Shown in pieces: positions 24,581 through 36,978 of a DNA stretch of 64,000 nucleotides. The notes beneath the pieces were generated by a model that saw only the letters and a list, made by a program, of their open reading frames with translations, ran no database searches and had not been told where the DNA came from. Origin of the DNA: Octopus sinensis (Eukaryota); assembly GCF_006345805.1 (NCBI RefSeq), contig NW_021830031.1, positions 1 to 64,000 of the forward strand. The letters are read 5' to 3'. A program made the position numbers and the translations under genes. Position 1 is the stretch's first letter. Each line of letters starts with the position of its first letter.

Positions 24581-25624
24581 TAAAATAATACAAGTGGGGG
24601 GGCTAATATATTCAATGTACGGTAGGGTGAAAAATTGAATAAATAGCTAGACAGACAAATGAGCAATTATCCAGATAGACAGCTAAATTTCATTGCCCCA
24701 AGTCTTAGGTAGAGTTAAATAAAACAAAATTGCTACTAACTTAGCAAATTGCCACTAGCATGTAGCAGATGTTTCAAGAGAACGTTATTCTGCGTAGGCT
24801 GACAACCTATCCAGGGGTGCAGAGACTCTTGAATACTACATCAAGTTAAAAATACCAAATTTAGAGTTAAGACCAGTCTGTGTTTGAGGACACTTCAGGA
24901 CTTATCATAAAGACATGTTATACATCACACACAGCTGAGGGTAACATATACAGTTGAAAGCCACTGATTAAGATTATCTTTGAATTAGTAAACAAAAATT
25001 CCCATCAAGAATGTTTAGAATATAATAAAAACTAAGGAATATAACTCTAGTAATATCAACTAATCAAAATTTTTGGAAAGACAATTCAGTTATAAGTGGA
25101 CTTTTGTCATTAAAGCCAGCAAGTAGGCGAAAGTAGCAAGCATGTTTCAGCCTTATTGAATCTCATCAGCATTTTAGCATCTACTTTTTCATGCATGCAT
25201 AGGTCAAATGAGGGTATGTTGGGGCAGAGCGTTCTATGGCTAGATACCCCACTCCTGTCCCTAGCCTCACCCCCCCCACCCCATTTGTTTCCAAGTGGAG
25301 TAAAAAAAACCTCCCCAGTCTGCTGAATCTTTCAAACAACAAACAGGCCAGGCATGTTTATGTAGAGAATTGGAAACAAACCACACCTTATGGACAAGCC
25401 TTTTGTTTACTAAGGGACATGCAACATAATAAAGAAGCCCAGATGTGCCTATGTAATGGACTGCAAGCAATTGACCTTGCTGGGTAAGTCATTGTTTACA
25501 ATCAGCAGCCACCTCAGTTTCTATTTCCTTCACATGCGTTTACATGTGGAGATGAGGAAATACGAACTCACGCCCCCCCCCCCACACACACACACACGTG
25601 TATGTGTGTGTGTGGCACACGTGT

Positions 25625-26019
25625 ATGTGCCAGCTCTGTCTGGCACCTGTGCAGGTGGCACGTAAAAAGCACCCACTAACACTCACGGAGTGGTTGGCGT
25701 TAGGAAGGGCATCCAGCCGTAGAAACACTGCCAAATCTGACTGGGCCTGATGAAGCCTTCCAGCTTCACAGACACCAGTTAAACCGTCCAACCCATGCTA
25801 GCATGGAGAACGGACGCTAAATGATGATGATGTGTGTGTGTGTATATATACATATGTATATATATGTGTATATATACACATATATATATGTGTGTATATA
25901 TATATATGTATATATAAATGTGTATATATATATCATCATCATCATCATTTAGCGTCCGCTTTCCATGCTAGCATGGGTTGGACGGGTCAACTGGGGTCTG
26001 TGAAGCTGGAAGGCTTCAT
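25625..26019. mobile_element. Tail-to-tail inverted pair of RTE-LINE 3' ends (+ 25625-25832; - 25934-26019)
   Basis: 83-bp arms with 5 mismatches, separated by about 100 bp of (TA/TG)n. Confidence 0.85.
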
Positions 26020-26036
26020 ATATATATATATACAAA

Positions 26037-26105
<69 letters not shown>

Positions 26106-26130
26106 TGTGTGTGTGTGTGTGTGTGTGTGT

Positions 26131-26412
26131 GAAGGCACATGGCTTAGTGGTTAGGGGCATTCGGCTCATGATCGTAAGGTCATGAGTTCAATTCCCAGTG
26201 ATGCATTGTGTCCTTGAGCAAGACACTTTATTTCGTGTTATTTGAGTCCACTCAGCTGGCAAAAATGAGTAGTACCTGTATTTCAAAGGGCCAGCCTTGT
26301 CACGCTCTGTGTCATGTTGAATCTCTGTGTCACACTGAATCTACGTTAAGGGTACACGTGTCTGTGGAGTGCTCAGCCACCTGCACGTTAATTTCACGAG
26401 CAAGCTGTTCCA
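26131..26412 (+). mobile_element. SINE head D with tail 2
   Basis: GGCTTAGTGGTTAGG..GAGTTCAATTCCC..CAGCTGGCAAAAATGAGTAGTACCTGTATTTCAAAGGGCC..ACGTTAAGGGTACACGTGTCTGTGGAG. Confidence 0.8.
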
Positions 26413-26600
26413 TTTTATGCATGCATGCACGCACATACGCATGCATGCTGGTGCCATATGAATTTATTAACACCTGTTGTGTCTACAAGTGTAGGTTTGC
26501 AGCCAATGGGCAACCTTCAAATTTTCTTTTGACAAAGGTTTTCAACCCAATATATACATGCTATTATCTATAGCTTTATTTGTGACAGACAGACAGATTG

Positions 26601-26639
<39 letters not shown>

Positions 26640-26711
26640 TATACAATGTACTTCTTTCAGTTTCTCTCAACCAAATCCACACGCAAAGCTTTGGTCATTC
26701 CAGGGCCATAT

Positions 26712-27292
26712 TTAAATAAACTGATGCCACTGGGATCTATTTTCCAGCAGGACAATTGCCCCATTCATAAGGCTAGGAATGTTTTGCAATACTTTGAGTG
26801 CAATAATGTGGTGGTCATTGAGTGGCCTCCACAGAGCCTGGATTTAAATCCAATAGAAAATTTATAGAATTATGTTTCTAACAGAGCTCATGCGAAAAAA
26901 CCAACAATTTTGTCCCAATTATATAATTTTATTGAAGAAATATGGCAGAACATTTCAAGTGACTTTTGAACTCATTTGTTGTATTCCATGTCCCACCATT
27001 CTAAGGACGTAAATGAAAATAATGGCTATGGAGCTAGATACTAATAATAAATTTTTGTTCATTGGTCATTTGTGCCGTATATCTTCAATTTAAACTTATT
27101 TTGCCGACAATTTTTAATCATTTGAATTAATTCCTCATTGATATTATTCAAAGTCTATATCATTTGAAAGAGACAAAAAAATTCTACATAAACTGTAAAA
27201 AGTAAAATAATAGTTTTATACAGTTTTGTTAAAAATAAATTAATGAAGGAATAGAACTGTCATCATCGGTTTTAAACTTATTTTGCCCAGTG
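26712..27292 (+). mobile_element. Tc1-family transposon 3' portion (decayed DDE transposase plus IR/DR right end)
   Basis: FQQDNCPIH...WPPQSLDLNPIENL*, stop at 27042-44. The 17-bp repeat TTTAAACTTATTTTGCC occurs at 27089 and 27271, and the end reads CCCAGTG|TA. Confidence 0.9.
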
Positions 27293-28774
27293 TATATGTG
27301 CATATGTGCGTTTTTTTTTTTAGCCATGAAAACTAAGGCCATGCTACAGCAACACTTTCAGAGTTCAACGTCCTGTGTTGTTTTATTTTCTCTCAGCCTC
27401 TGTGTCCAGGAATCTAATAACTGTTTTCATTTAGTTTATCTCTTATTATTACTATTTTTTTTTTTTTTTCAATAGAAGTGGCATTTCTATGTTATATCAG
27501 CAAATTGGTTTGGTAGCTTATGCTCTGCTTTCATTGTAACCATTTGCAGATGATTGATCTGCAGAGAACTCTAGAGAAAAACACATCCAAACACTTTTTT
27601 AAATAAAAACCCCCAAGGGTAAAACTTTGATAATATCTGCTAATCCTTTCCTTTTAGAAGCAGTTGCATAATTTGTAAGCTTTTAAATGCCAAACCATTT
27701 CTGTGAAGGTTGCTGATGGTACTAGAGTTCGAAGAAGGGAGTGCTGTAAAATTTGACAGGAGCCACAGTTCTTGTAGTTTCTATAAGACCAGTTGCTGCT
27801 ATGCAAGTTGCTGAGGTGAGAATTTCAAGAAGGAAACACTGGCATCTGATAGAATCTACCATTCCTTTGCTTGCCTTTTTGCAGTCTCTCCAATTAATTG
27901 TAGGATTGCATGCATGTCTGTAACAGGACTTGGTAGATGGAATCGGAAAAAAGCCAGTCATATATGTTTATGTTCTTATGTACATAGAGTGTGTATGTAT
28001 GTGTGTGTGTGTGTGAGTGTGTCTAGTCTCTCTGGACCCTAATTTCCTTAATGAAGTCAGAGGGGTACCAGCATGACAAATGACATGGTTCAGGCCCTTT
28101 TAGACCTGATGGAATGCATTCTTCACTATGTGTGTGTGTGAAGGCACATGGCCTAGTGGTTATGTTGTTGCATTCAAGATTGCTAGATTGCGGGTTCAAT
28201 TCCTCAACTGGGCAACACATTGAGCTATTAAGCAAAGTACTTCATTTCACATTGCTCCAGTCTCCCTTTCAATCAGAGGAGACCATTGGCCGGCTTGCCT
28301 GGCCAGCAGGGTTACATCATTCAAAGTTCAAAACAATGCAAAGCGCATTGTGATTAGTGATGTATAAGACATTCTGGTCAGTCACATGATCACATAATGT
28401 ATGAACGCATGCAATGTTTTGCATATATAAGTACAGATTTGTTTCTGTGGTTGGATGCACATGCATGTGCACACGCATTTTGTTGGAGTGGAAAACACAC
28501 CAAAGAATTTTGGGTTCATATCAGTCACACAGTACTGCTGCATTTTGTCCCAATTCCATGTCCAAGCCAATTAACACATAACAGTCCAGTCTACTGACAT
28601 GTACATTTGTAGACCGGTGGTCAGTAAAGCTGACCAGGGGCAAAACTAAAGACTGGCCAAATGTCTCTGGAGTAGCATTATTTGACCGAATGCGAAGCTT
28701 GATGATCAGGGAGTCTCTCCACGTCGAGCCATTACTTCTTGGCATTGAGAGATCACAATTCTGGAGCTATAGAC

Positions 28775-29135
28775 ATGTCATCATCATCATTGTTCGACCA
28801 TGGTCGAGAGAATGGAATTTACTATGCTACACCAGACTTCACGGTCCATCATAGCATTACGGAGGTCCTGTTGCTGGATGCCTGTATCCCTGGAGATTAT
28901 ATCAGGGTAGGAGAGTGTGCGCCCTCTGGTATCACAAGTAGATGGTTTCCAGAGGAGAAGAGTAGAAATTGCCTCATTTTCAGCTCTACAACAATGTCCA
29001 GCAAACTGGACTCTCCTACCTTTCACAAGAGATGACACGGGTGGTAGTTTCCCATATATTTGCATTTTGGTTGGATGAAGCTTCCATGAGAGATTTTGAG
29101 TTCTCATAAGGAGGCGAGTGTAAGACATGTGGATA
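28775..29135 (-). mobile_element. RTE-X-like LINE 3' end (ORF2 C-terminus)
   Basis: YTRLLMRTQNLSW..YGKLPPVS..RRVQFAGHC..LLLWKP..RGRTLSYPDIISRDTG..MMDREVW, followed by a (TGA)n tail. Confidence 0.8.
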
Positions 29136-29219
29136 GGATGCCATGGGAAAGGATTGCAAGATAGATTCTTCAAGCTAAACCAACCATCAGGAAACTTCGG
29201 AGTAGACCACAAGCGAGAT

Positions 29220-29375
29220 CATCATCATTATCATCATCATTTAATATCTGCTTTCCATGCTGGCATGGGTTGGATGGTTTGACTGGAATTGGTAAGCTGG
29301 AGAACTGCACCAGGTTCCAGTCTGGTTTGGCATGGTTTCTATGGCTGGATGTCCTTCCTAATGCTAACCATTCTA
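29220..29375 (-). mobile_element. RTE-LINE 3' end fragment
   Basis: CATCATTTAATATCTGCTTTCCATGCTGGCATGGGTTGG..CTATGGCTGGATGTCCTTCC. Confidence 0.75.
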
Positions 29376-29779
29376 AGAGTGGTTGGATAGAATCCATAGT
29401 CTCAGATGGCCACGCTTGGAAATCCAGTGGCAAAATGTAATGGTGGCTGCTTCTGATAGGACCCTAAGGGGGTGGGGCCTGAGGTCTCTACCCTCAACAA
29501 CCTTCACAGAAATAGTGGACGGCAAAAATGGATGGATGGATGGAATTTTGATAAAGACTGGATTCTTCAAGAGTTGATTGACTTAATCAATGGGAACAGG
29601 AGACGCTGAAAAATACACAAGCCTGTGAAAGTGCCACCATGTGGTCAATGGATCTTCTGGGGTGGAAGAAAAAAGCAGCTAAGTCTCCCTCAAATTACAC
29701 CCTACTGATTTGATATATGAAGAGACACACAGAATAATGTAGTAGAGGTAGAGTTACCTTCTCAAGTCATGCTAACTAG

Positions 29780-29986
29780 TAAGGGCCGGTTTCCATGGTG
29801 TGTAAATAATCCACCTGGATGGGACGCCAGTCCATCACAGGATTACTCACTTTTGCTAACTGAGTGGACTGGAGCAATGTGAAATGAAGTGTTTTGCTCA
29901 AGAAAATGTTTTGCCCGGTCCAGGAATTGAAACCACAATCTTATGATCATGAGTTAACACCCTTCACCACTAAGCCATGCGCCTCC
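29780..29986 (-). mobile_element. SINE head D with tail 3
   Basis: GGGCCGGTTTCC..GGACGCCAGTCCATC..GGACTGGAGCAATGTGAAATGAAGTGTTTTGCTCAAG..CACTAAGCCATGCGCC. Confidence 0.75.
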
Positions 29987-30548
29987 ATGATAATTTAGTA
30001 CTAGACATGCAATGCCCAAAATTACGACATGATAGTCACTATAGAGTGCTTTTGATCATAGATCTGTTCACTCGGGGATTACTTAGGGTTGAATAAACAA
30101 TGACAACAACAACAACAACACAAGTACAACAAGAGCAGTCAGAAAGCACAAAGCTCTACCAAGGCAACACCAGCATCCTTTCAACGAATAGCCAGAGATG
30201 ATTTTTAAAATGAGAATATTTGAAAGAAACTCAACTGCTCTCACAAGCGAGAATACTAAAAATGAGCCTAACCGCTCTCAAAACTTAAGTAAAAAAAAAC
30301 AGGAAAAATAATCCAGAATCCTTGTCTGGTACAGGATCAATCCCCAAATCTAATCATTTTGTGCCAGTTACAAGGCCAAACATCCCTGGAAGTTTCATCC
30401 GAATCCACTCAGCGATTCTTAAGATATCTTGTCCATGGACAAACAAACATGACTGAAAACAATACCTCCACTTTCACTAAGGTGGAGGCAATAATGGAAT
30501 ACGTGTTACGTATTAGAGAAAACTGCTGCATCAACATCTGCATTGTAT

Positions 30549-30926
30549 AGGCGTAGGAGTGGCTGTGTGGTAAGTAGCTTGCTTACAAACCACATGGTTC
30601 CAGGTTCAGACCCACTGTGTGGTACCCTGGGCAAGTGTCTTCTACTATAGCCTCGGATTTGGTAGACAGAAACTGAAAGAAGCCTGTCATATATATGTAT
30701 ATGTATGTGTGTGTGTTTGTGTGTCTGTGTTTGTCCCCCAACATCGCTTGACAACCGATGCTGGTGTGTTTACATCCCTGTGACTTAGCAGTTCAGTATA
30801 AGAGACTGATAGAATAAGTACTAGGCTTACAAAGAATAAGTCCTGGGGCCGATTTGCTCGACTAAAGGTGGTGCTCCAGCATGGCCACAGTCACATGACT
30901 GATACAAGTGAAAGAGTAAAAGAGTA
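30549..30926 (+). mobile_element. SINE A1, full length
   Basis: Head-to-tail match to 18725-19140. Confidence 0.85.
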
Positions 30927-31419
30927 TAAAACTCTTACTTGAACTGTGGAGAGAAAGAGCAGCCAAATATCACTCAAATAACAAACTAGAAGCCAAGGAA
31001 GAAGGAAGGTCGAATTGCAATATGAGGTTCTAGATGCTTAATGGTTAGAAACAAAGACCAGACGGTCACAGAGAGAGAGAGACAGAGAGAGATAGACAGA
31101 CAGAGACTAGTCATAACCCCAACTAATTGCTAACCAGTTGTAGAGCACTCTCTCTCAGCAGATAAATGCCCTTCATTAAAAGAATTTACATATTCCTTGT
31201 GAAATCTGTATGTCTTGTTACCGACGTGTGTATGTGGAGAGAGAGAGACAGAGAGAGAGAGAGGGAGATGTATAAAGATAAAACTACATATGTTAAACAT
31301 GCCCCCACACACAAACATATACACATACATATATATTTTTATACACACATACATACAAACACATCATATATCATCATCATCATCGTTTAGCGTCCGTTTT
31401 CCATGCTAGCATATCTATA

Positions 31420-31534
31420 CACACACATCATATATATATATATATAAACACACACACACACACACACACACACACCATATATGTGTATATATACATGTAT
31501 GTATATATATATATACACCACACATCATATATTC

Positions 31535-31584
<50 letters not shown>

Positions 31585-31590
31585 CCATAC

Positions 31591-31645
<55 letters not shown>

Positions 31646-31706
31646 TACATATATATATACACACACACACATATATATATATACACACTCACACACACAC
31701 ATATAT

Positions 31707-31741
<35 letters not shown>

Positions 31742-31930
31742 ACACACACACACACACATATATATGTATATATATTATATATATATATATATACACACAC
31801 ACGCACACCCCCACAATGTCTATACATTGTGCAATAGTGTGCACAGGAATGTTGAACTGGTAAAAGAAAACACTGGAGATAAATTAACATACACCCACAT
31901 ACACATATACTTACACACACACACACACAG
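31420..31930. repeat. (TA)/(CA) compound microsatellite
   Basis: Direct reading. Confidence 0.9.
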
Positions 31931-32126
31931 ATTTTAAGGAGCTGGCAGGATGAGTAGGGGGTATGGTAGGGGTGTATGGTTAATGGTGTGAGGAGGACGG
32001 TTAAAATAAACAAGGATGGGCTGTGTACAATGTAGTTCCAATTTTTTTGTCTTTTGGGGGTTTACATTTTTTTTTGGGGGGGGGGGTTATATATATATAT
32101 ATATATACACATATATATATATACAT

Positions 32127-32158
<32 letters not shown>

Positions 32159-33114
32159 GTGTTGATCAAATTGCCAAATGATGATTATAACAGCAAGCAA
32201 TTACAACAAAGATAATGATGAATACTTTGGTGGTTGTTATGATGACGGAAACGGTGGTGGTAATGATGATGATGAAGATGATGATGATGATGACAAGGAG
32301 GAAGATGTCTGTCAATGGCGAGCAGGATGGTGATTATGATGACAAATATAACAATGACAATGATGATGATGATGATGAGTAAGAGGATTCAAAGATGAAT
32401 ATGATTGTGATAATCGTGATAATGAGATGTTGAAGAAGGCAGCGAGGATGACAAAGAAGAGGACAAGGAGGAAGAGGACAAGGTGGCAGGCAGGGGAGAG
32501 GAATGAAGGGGAGGAAGGTGATTAAAGAATATAATACGTTGACAATGATGCTTGTAATAATGATGATGATGATGATGGTGATGGTGATCTAAACACTGAC
32601 TTGCTTAGGTTTAACACTTCTAATTCCAATAAATTTACCCCACCCCTGAGACCACCACTGGCTCTAAGAAACAAGATCCTGTTTCTGAAGTATTCCCATT
32701 GAAACAGAACTTAACAAAAGATTCTTGTAATATAAGAATCTCAAAGGAAGGGTTCAAATTTCAAAAAAAAAAAATACAAACAAAAAAATTTTAATAAAAA
32801 ATGAAAAAAAGAAAGAAACCTTTGTTATTCTAACTATTTCCTTCCAAATCCTTAATTAGTTTTGAAAATTAATTGAAACACATGTAGAGTATATTTCTTG
32901 AAAAATCTAACCATGGAATGATTTTAAGATACCAGACATTCAAGGGCAACATGATCCTTCTTGAAACATTAAGGAATAAATTCTTCCCTTCTCATGACAT
33001 ACTGATTCATATTAAGCTGACAGAGCTCCAGCATGGCCTCAGCCCATTGTTGAATTGTTGCTAGGAGCAAGTCAGAATTATTATTATTTGGTAATTTGCT
33101 GTTTTGAAAAGATA

Positions 33115-33915
33115 CGTCAAGCCCAGTGAAATCGTAGTCATGACCAATGTTGGGGGAGAGGTCATATAAAAAGCAACCATGCCAGTGACATGTGAAGGGC
33201 ATCTGTGCCAGTGACACGTAAAGGGCATCCGTGCCAGTGACACTTATAGGGCACCCATGCTGATGACATGTAAAGGGCACCTGTGCCAGTGACACATAAA
33301 GAGTACCTGTGCCAGTGACACGTTAAGGGCACCCGTACCAGTGACACTTACAGGGTACCCATGCTGATGACATGTAAAGGGCACCCATGCCAGTGACAGA
33401 TAAAAGGTACCTGTGCCAGTGACACATAAAGGGTACCTGTGCCAGTGACACATAAAGGGTACCCGTGCCAGTGATACGTAAAGTACACCCATGCCAGTGA
33501 CATGTAAAAGGCATCCATGCCAGTGACACATAAATGGCACCCATGCTAATGACACATAAAGGGTACCCACGCTGGTGACATGTAAAGGGTACGTGTACCA
33601 GTGACACGTAAAGAGCACCCATGCTGGTGACACGTAAAGGCCACCCATGCCGGTGACATGTAAAGGGTACTCGTGCCGGTAACATGTAAAGGGCACCCAT
33701 GCCGGTGACACATAAGAGATACCTTTGACAGTGACACATAAAAGGCTTCCACCACACTCTTGGAATGGCTGGCATTAAGAAGGGCATCCAGCTGTAGAAA
33801 CCAAGCCAAATCTGACCAGAGCCTGGTACAGCTCTCCAGCTTACTGGTCCCAGTCAAACTGTCTAAATCCATGCCAGCATGGACAACGGACGTTAAATGA
33901 TGATGAAGATGATCT
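33115..33915 (+). mobile_element. RTE-LINE 3' end carrying a 26-bp minisatellite of about 21 copies (33175-33745)
   Basis: GCCAGTGACA at 33181, 33207 and 33233 (period 26). The array is followed by the normal LINE terminus and (GAT)n. Confidence 0.85.
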
Positions 33916-34529
33916 ACAATTATTGTCATCCATCCATCATTGTCGATGATGACCCAAAGACATCACATGGGAAAAGAAGACAGACCGCAGTGTGTCTGGT
34001 TGTAGCCAATCAGTTCAGTGTGTGCTTCGAAGACCCTACTTCAGGTCAGGTACCAGTGGTCTGTTGGGACTGAAGGCAAGGAAAGGGATCAAGATTTGCA
34101 TAGTTCACGCTTCCTTTGTGCCTCTGTAATCCTGTTCTTTTCATAGAACAAAGCAATGCAGATGATCATTAATCTCCTCAAACACTTTGCCTCTTTCTTT
34201 TTTTTCTTTTTTGAAATATCTCAATTGTATTTTCAAACCACAAGGTTATGTGTTCAATCCTCTGCACTGACCATGAAATACTTATCCAGTTATCTGAAGG
34301 GTTGATGATCTGAATATCCAAATTCATATGATTAGCCTCATTTCAGCCATGACAAATTAGAAATCATATGCTTGCACCTATACAACACAGCAATGCCTTC
34401 CCCATACACACACACACGCACACGAGTGTATGTGCATGTGCATATACATATATATATATATATATTTTCATATATACACATATACACAGACACACATACA
34501 TGCAAAAATACATATATATATATACACAT

Positions 34530-34582
<53 letters not shown>

Positions 34583-36175
34583 CGGGCTGTACAGGCTCTA
34601 TACAGAGAGGCTGCCAGCAAGGTTAGGATAGGCAACGAATATAGTGAAGAATTCCGGGTAGAAGTAAGTGTGCACCAGGGCTCAGCACCTCAGTCCCCTT
34701 CTATTCATCATAGTCCTCCAGGCAATAACAGAGGAATTCAAAACAGGATGCCCCTGGGAGCTCCTCTATGCTGATGACCTGGCTCTCATAGCAGAATCAC
34801 TACCGGAACTAGAAAAGAAATTTCGGGTGTGGAAGCAAGGGTTAGAATCAAAGGGCCTTAGAGTAAATGTAGCAAAGACCAAAGTAATAGTAAGCAGCAA
34901 GGCGTACTCAGCACAACCCCCTCGGGTAGGTGGCCCTGCTCAATCTGTAGGAAAGGTGCAGGTAGAAACTCCATAAGATGCACCCAATGTAAGCTATGGA
35001 CGCACAAGAGGTGCAGCAACATTAAAGGGAAATTAACAGATAAGATAGCCTTCATGTGCGGCAGATGCACAGGGACAATAGACACCACAGACACTCAGAA
35101 AGCAGATTCCATCACACTCCAGGGAGAGAAACTAGAAGTAGTTGATAGTTTCCGCTACCTGGGTGACCAAGTTAGTAGCGGAGGTGGATGCACAGAGAGT
35201 ATCACCACTAGAATACGAATAGCCTGGGCAAAGTTCAGAAAGCTCCTACCCTACTGGCGAAAAAGGGTCTCTCCCTCAGAGCGAAAGGTAGACTGTATGA
35301 TGCATGTGTGCGAACTGCCATGCTTCACGGTAATGAAACATGGGCTATGACTGCAGAGGACATGCGTAGACTTGAAAGAAATGAAGCTAGCATGATCCGC
35401 TGGATGTGTAATGTCAGTGTGCACGCACGACAGAGTGTAAGCATCCTGAGAGAAATGCTGGATATAAGAAGCATCAGATGTGGTGTGCAAGAGCGACGCT
35501 TGCGATGGTATGGTCATGTGCTGCGGATGGATGAGGAGAGATGTGTGAAGAAGTGCCACTCCCAAACAGTTGAAGGTATCAGGGGGAGAGGTAGACCCAA
35601 GAAGACATGGGATGAGGCAGTCAAGCTTGACCTCAGAGCGTTGGGCCTCACCGAGGCAATGGCGAAGGACCGAGATCTCTGGAGATATGCTGTGACTGCA
35701 AAGACCCGGCTGCTTCCGCATCAGTTCCGCATAGCCCCTGCCCATTCAAAGTACCCCGGATCCCAGATCGTCCCGCTGTGCTTGAGGAGACCTGTTGAGT
35801 CAAGTACATGATCACTCCGAACAACCCTCCCCACTGGTGCTCCCCTATATTTCTGCACCCCCCCACACACATAAAAAGCACCATCCGAACGTGGCCGATG
35901 CCAGCACCGCCCCGACTGGCTTCTGTGCAGGTGGCACATAAAAAGCACCAACCGACCGTGGCCGATGCCAGACCCCTCTGGCACCTGTGCAGGTGGCACG
36001 TAAAAAGCACCCACTACACTCGCGGAGTGGTTGGCGTTAGGAAGGGCATCCAGCTGTAGAAACACTGCCAGACCAGACTGGAGCCTGGGGCAGCCCCTGG
36101 CTCCCCAGACCCTGGTCGAAACCGTCCAACCCGTGCTAGCGCGGAAAACGGACGTTAAACGATGATGATGATGAT
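34583..36175 (+). mobile_element. 5'-truncated RTE-clade LINE (RT domain, PHD-type finger, C-terminus, 3' UTR, (GAT)n tail); non-coding through frameshifts
   Basis: VHQGS/LSPLLF..LLYADDL (YADD 34767-78)..GLRVNVAKTK..FRYLG..AWAKFR..LHGNETW..RRLRWYGHV.RM..GRGRPKKTW. Frameshifts near 34688, 34915 and 35250. Confidence 0.95.
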
Positions 36176-36593
36176 ACACACACATATATAAATATATATA
36201 ATGGTCATTATTTACATTCAACGGATATTTGTCCTCATCTTGTTTGTTGTTAACACAACATTTCAGCTGATATACCCTCCAGCTTTCATCAGGTGTTTTG
36301 GGGAAATTTCGAACCTGGGTTCCCATTCCTAAGGTATTTTTCTATATTATTATTATTATTATTATTGTTAATGTTCAGGTCACTGCTTGGAATCAAACTC
36401 GAAATCTTGGGGTTAGTAGCCCGCGCTCTTAACCACTATGCCATATACCCGTGGGCTTTTCTTTTCTATATCTAATGACCTATATAATGGTCTCTCTATA
36501 GACAAGAGACCTATATGATGGTCTCTCTCTTCCTGCTTTGCAATTAATTAGCACACAAAAGATACAAGTTAATAAACAGAAAAGATATCTATA

Positions 36594-36978
36594 TATTCAT
36601 TTACTTGTTTCAGTCATTTGACTGCAGCCATGCTGGAGCACTGCCTTTAGTTAAGCCAATCAACCCCAGGACTTATTCTTTGTAAGCCTAGTACTTATTC
36701 TATCGGTCTCTTTTGCTGAACTACTAAGTTATGGGGTCATAAACACACCAACATCGGTTGTCAATTAATGGCGGGGGGAAAGCAGATACACATACTCACA
36801 CAAATATATACATATATATATGTACAACGGGCTTTTTCTGTCTACTAAATCCACTCACAAGGCTTTGGTCGGCCCGAGGCTATAGTACAAGGCACTTGCC
36901 CAAGGTACCGCACAGTGGGACTGAACTTGGAACCATATGGTTGGGAAGCAAGCTTCTTACCACACAGCCACACTGCCC
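36594..36978 (-). mobile_element. SINE A1, full length
   Basis: Match to the reference copy. Confidence 0.85.

Noticed and set aside
27480-27960. Unique complex sequence with a 79-aa minus ORF
   Set aside because: There is no recognisable motif or convincing splice pair. It is possibly non-coding, and support is insufficient.
33175-33745. CRISPR-like appearance of the 26-bp array
   Set aside because: The units are contiguous with no unique spacers, there are no cas genes, and the array lies inside a eukaryotic LINE 3' UTR.
35700-35811. C-terminal extension of LINE ORF2 (LLPHQF...ESST)
   Set aside because: The sibling copy at 38207-38800 stops after TARTQQIK. This copy lacks that segment, so the read-through is a deletion artefact.
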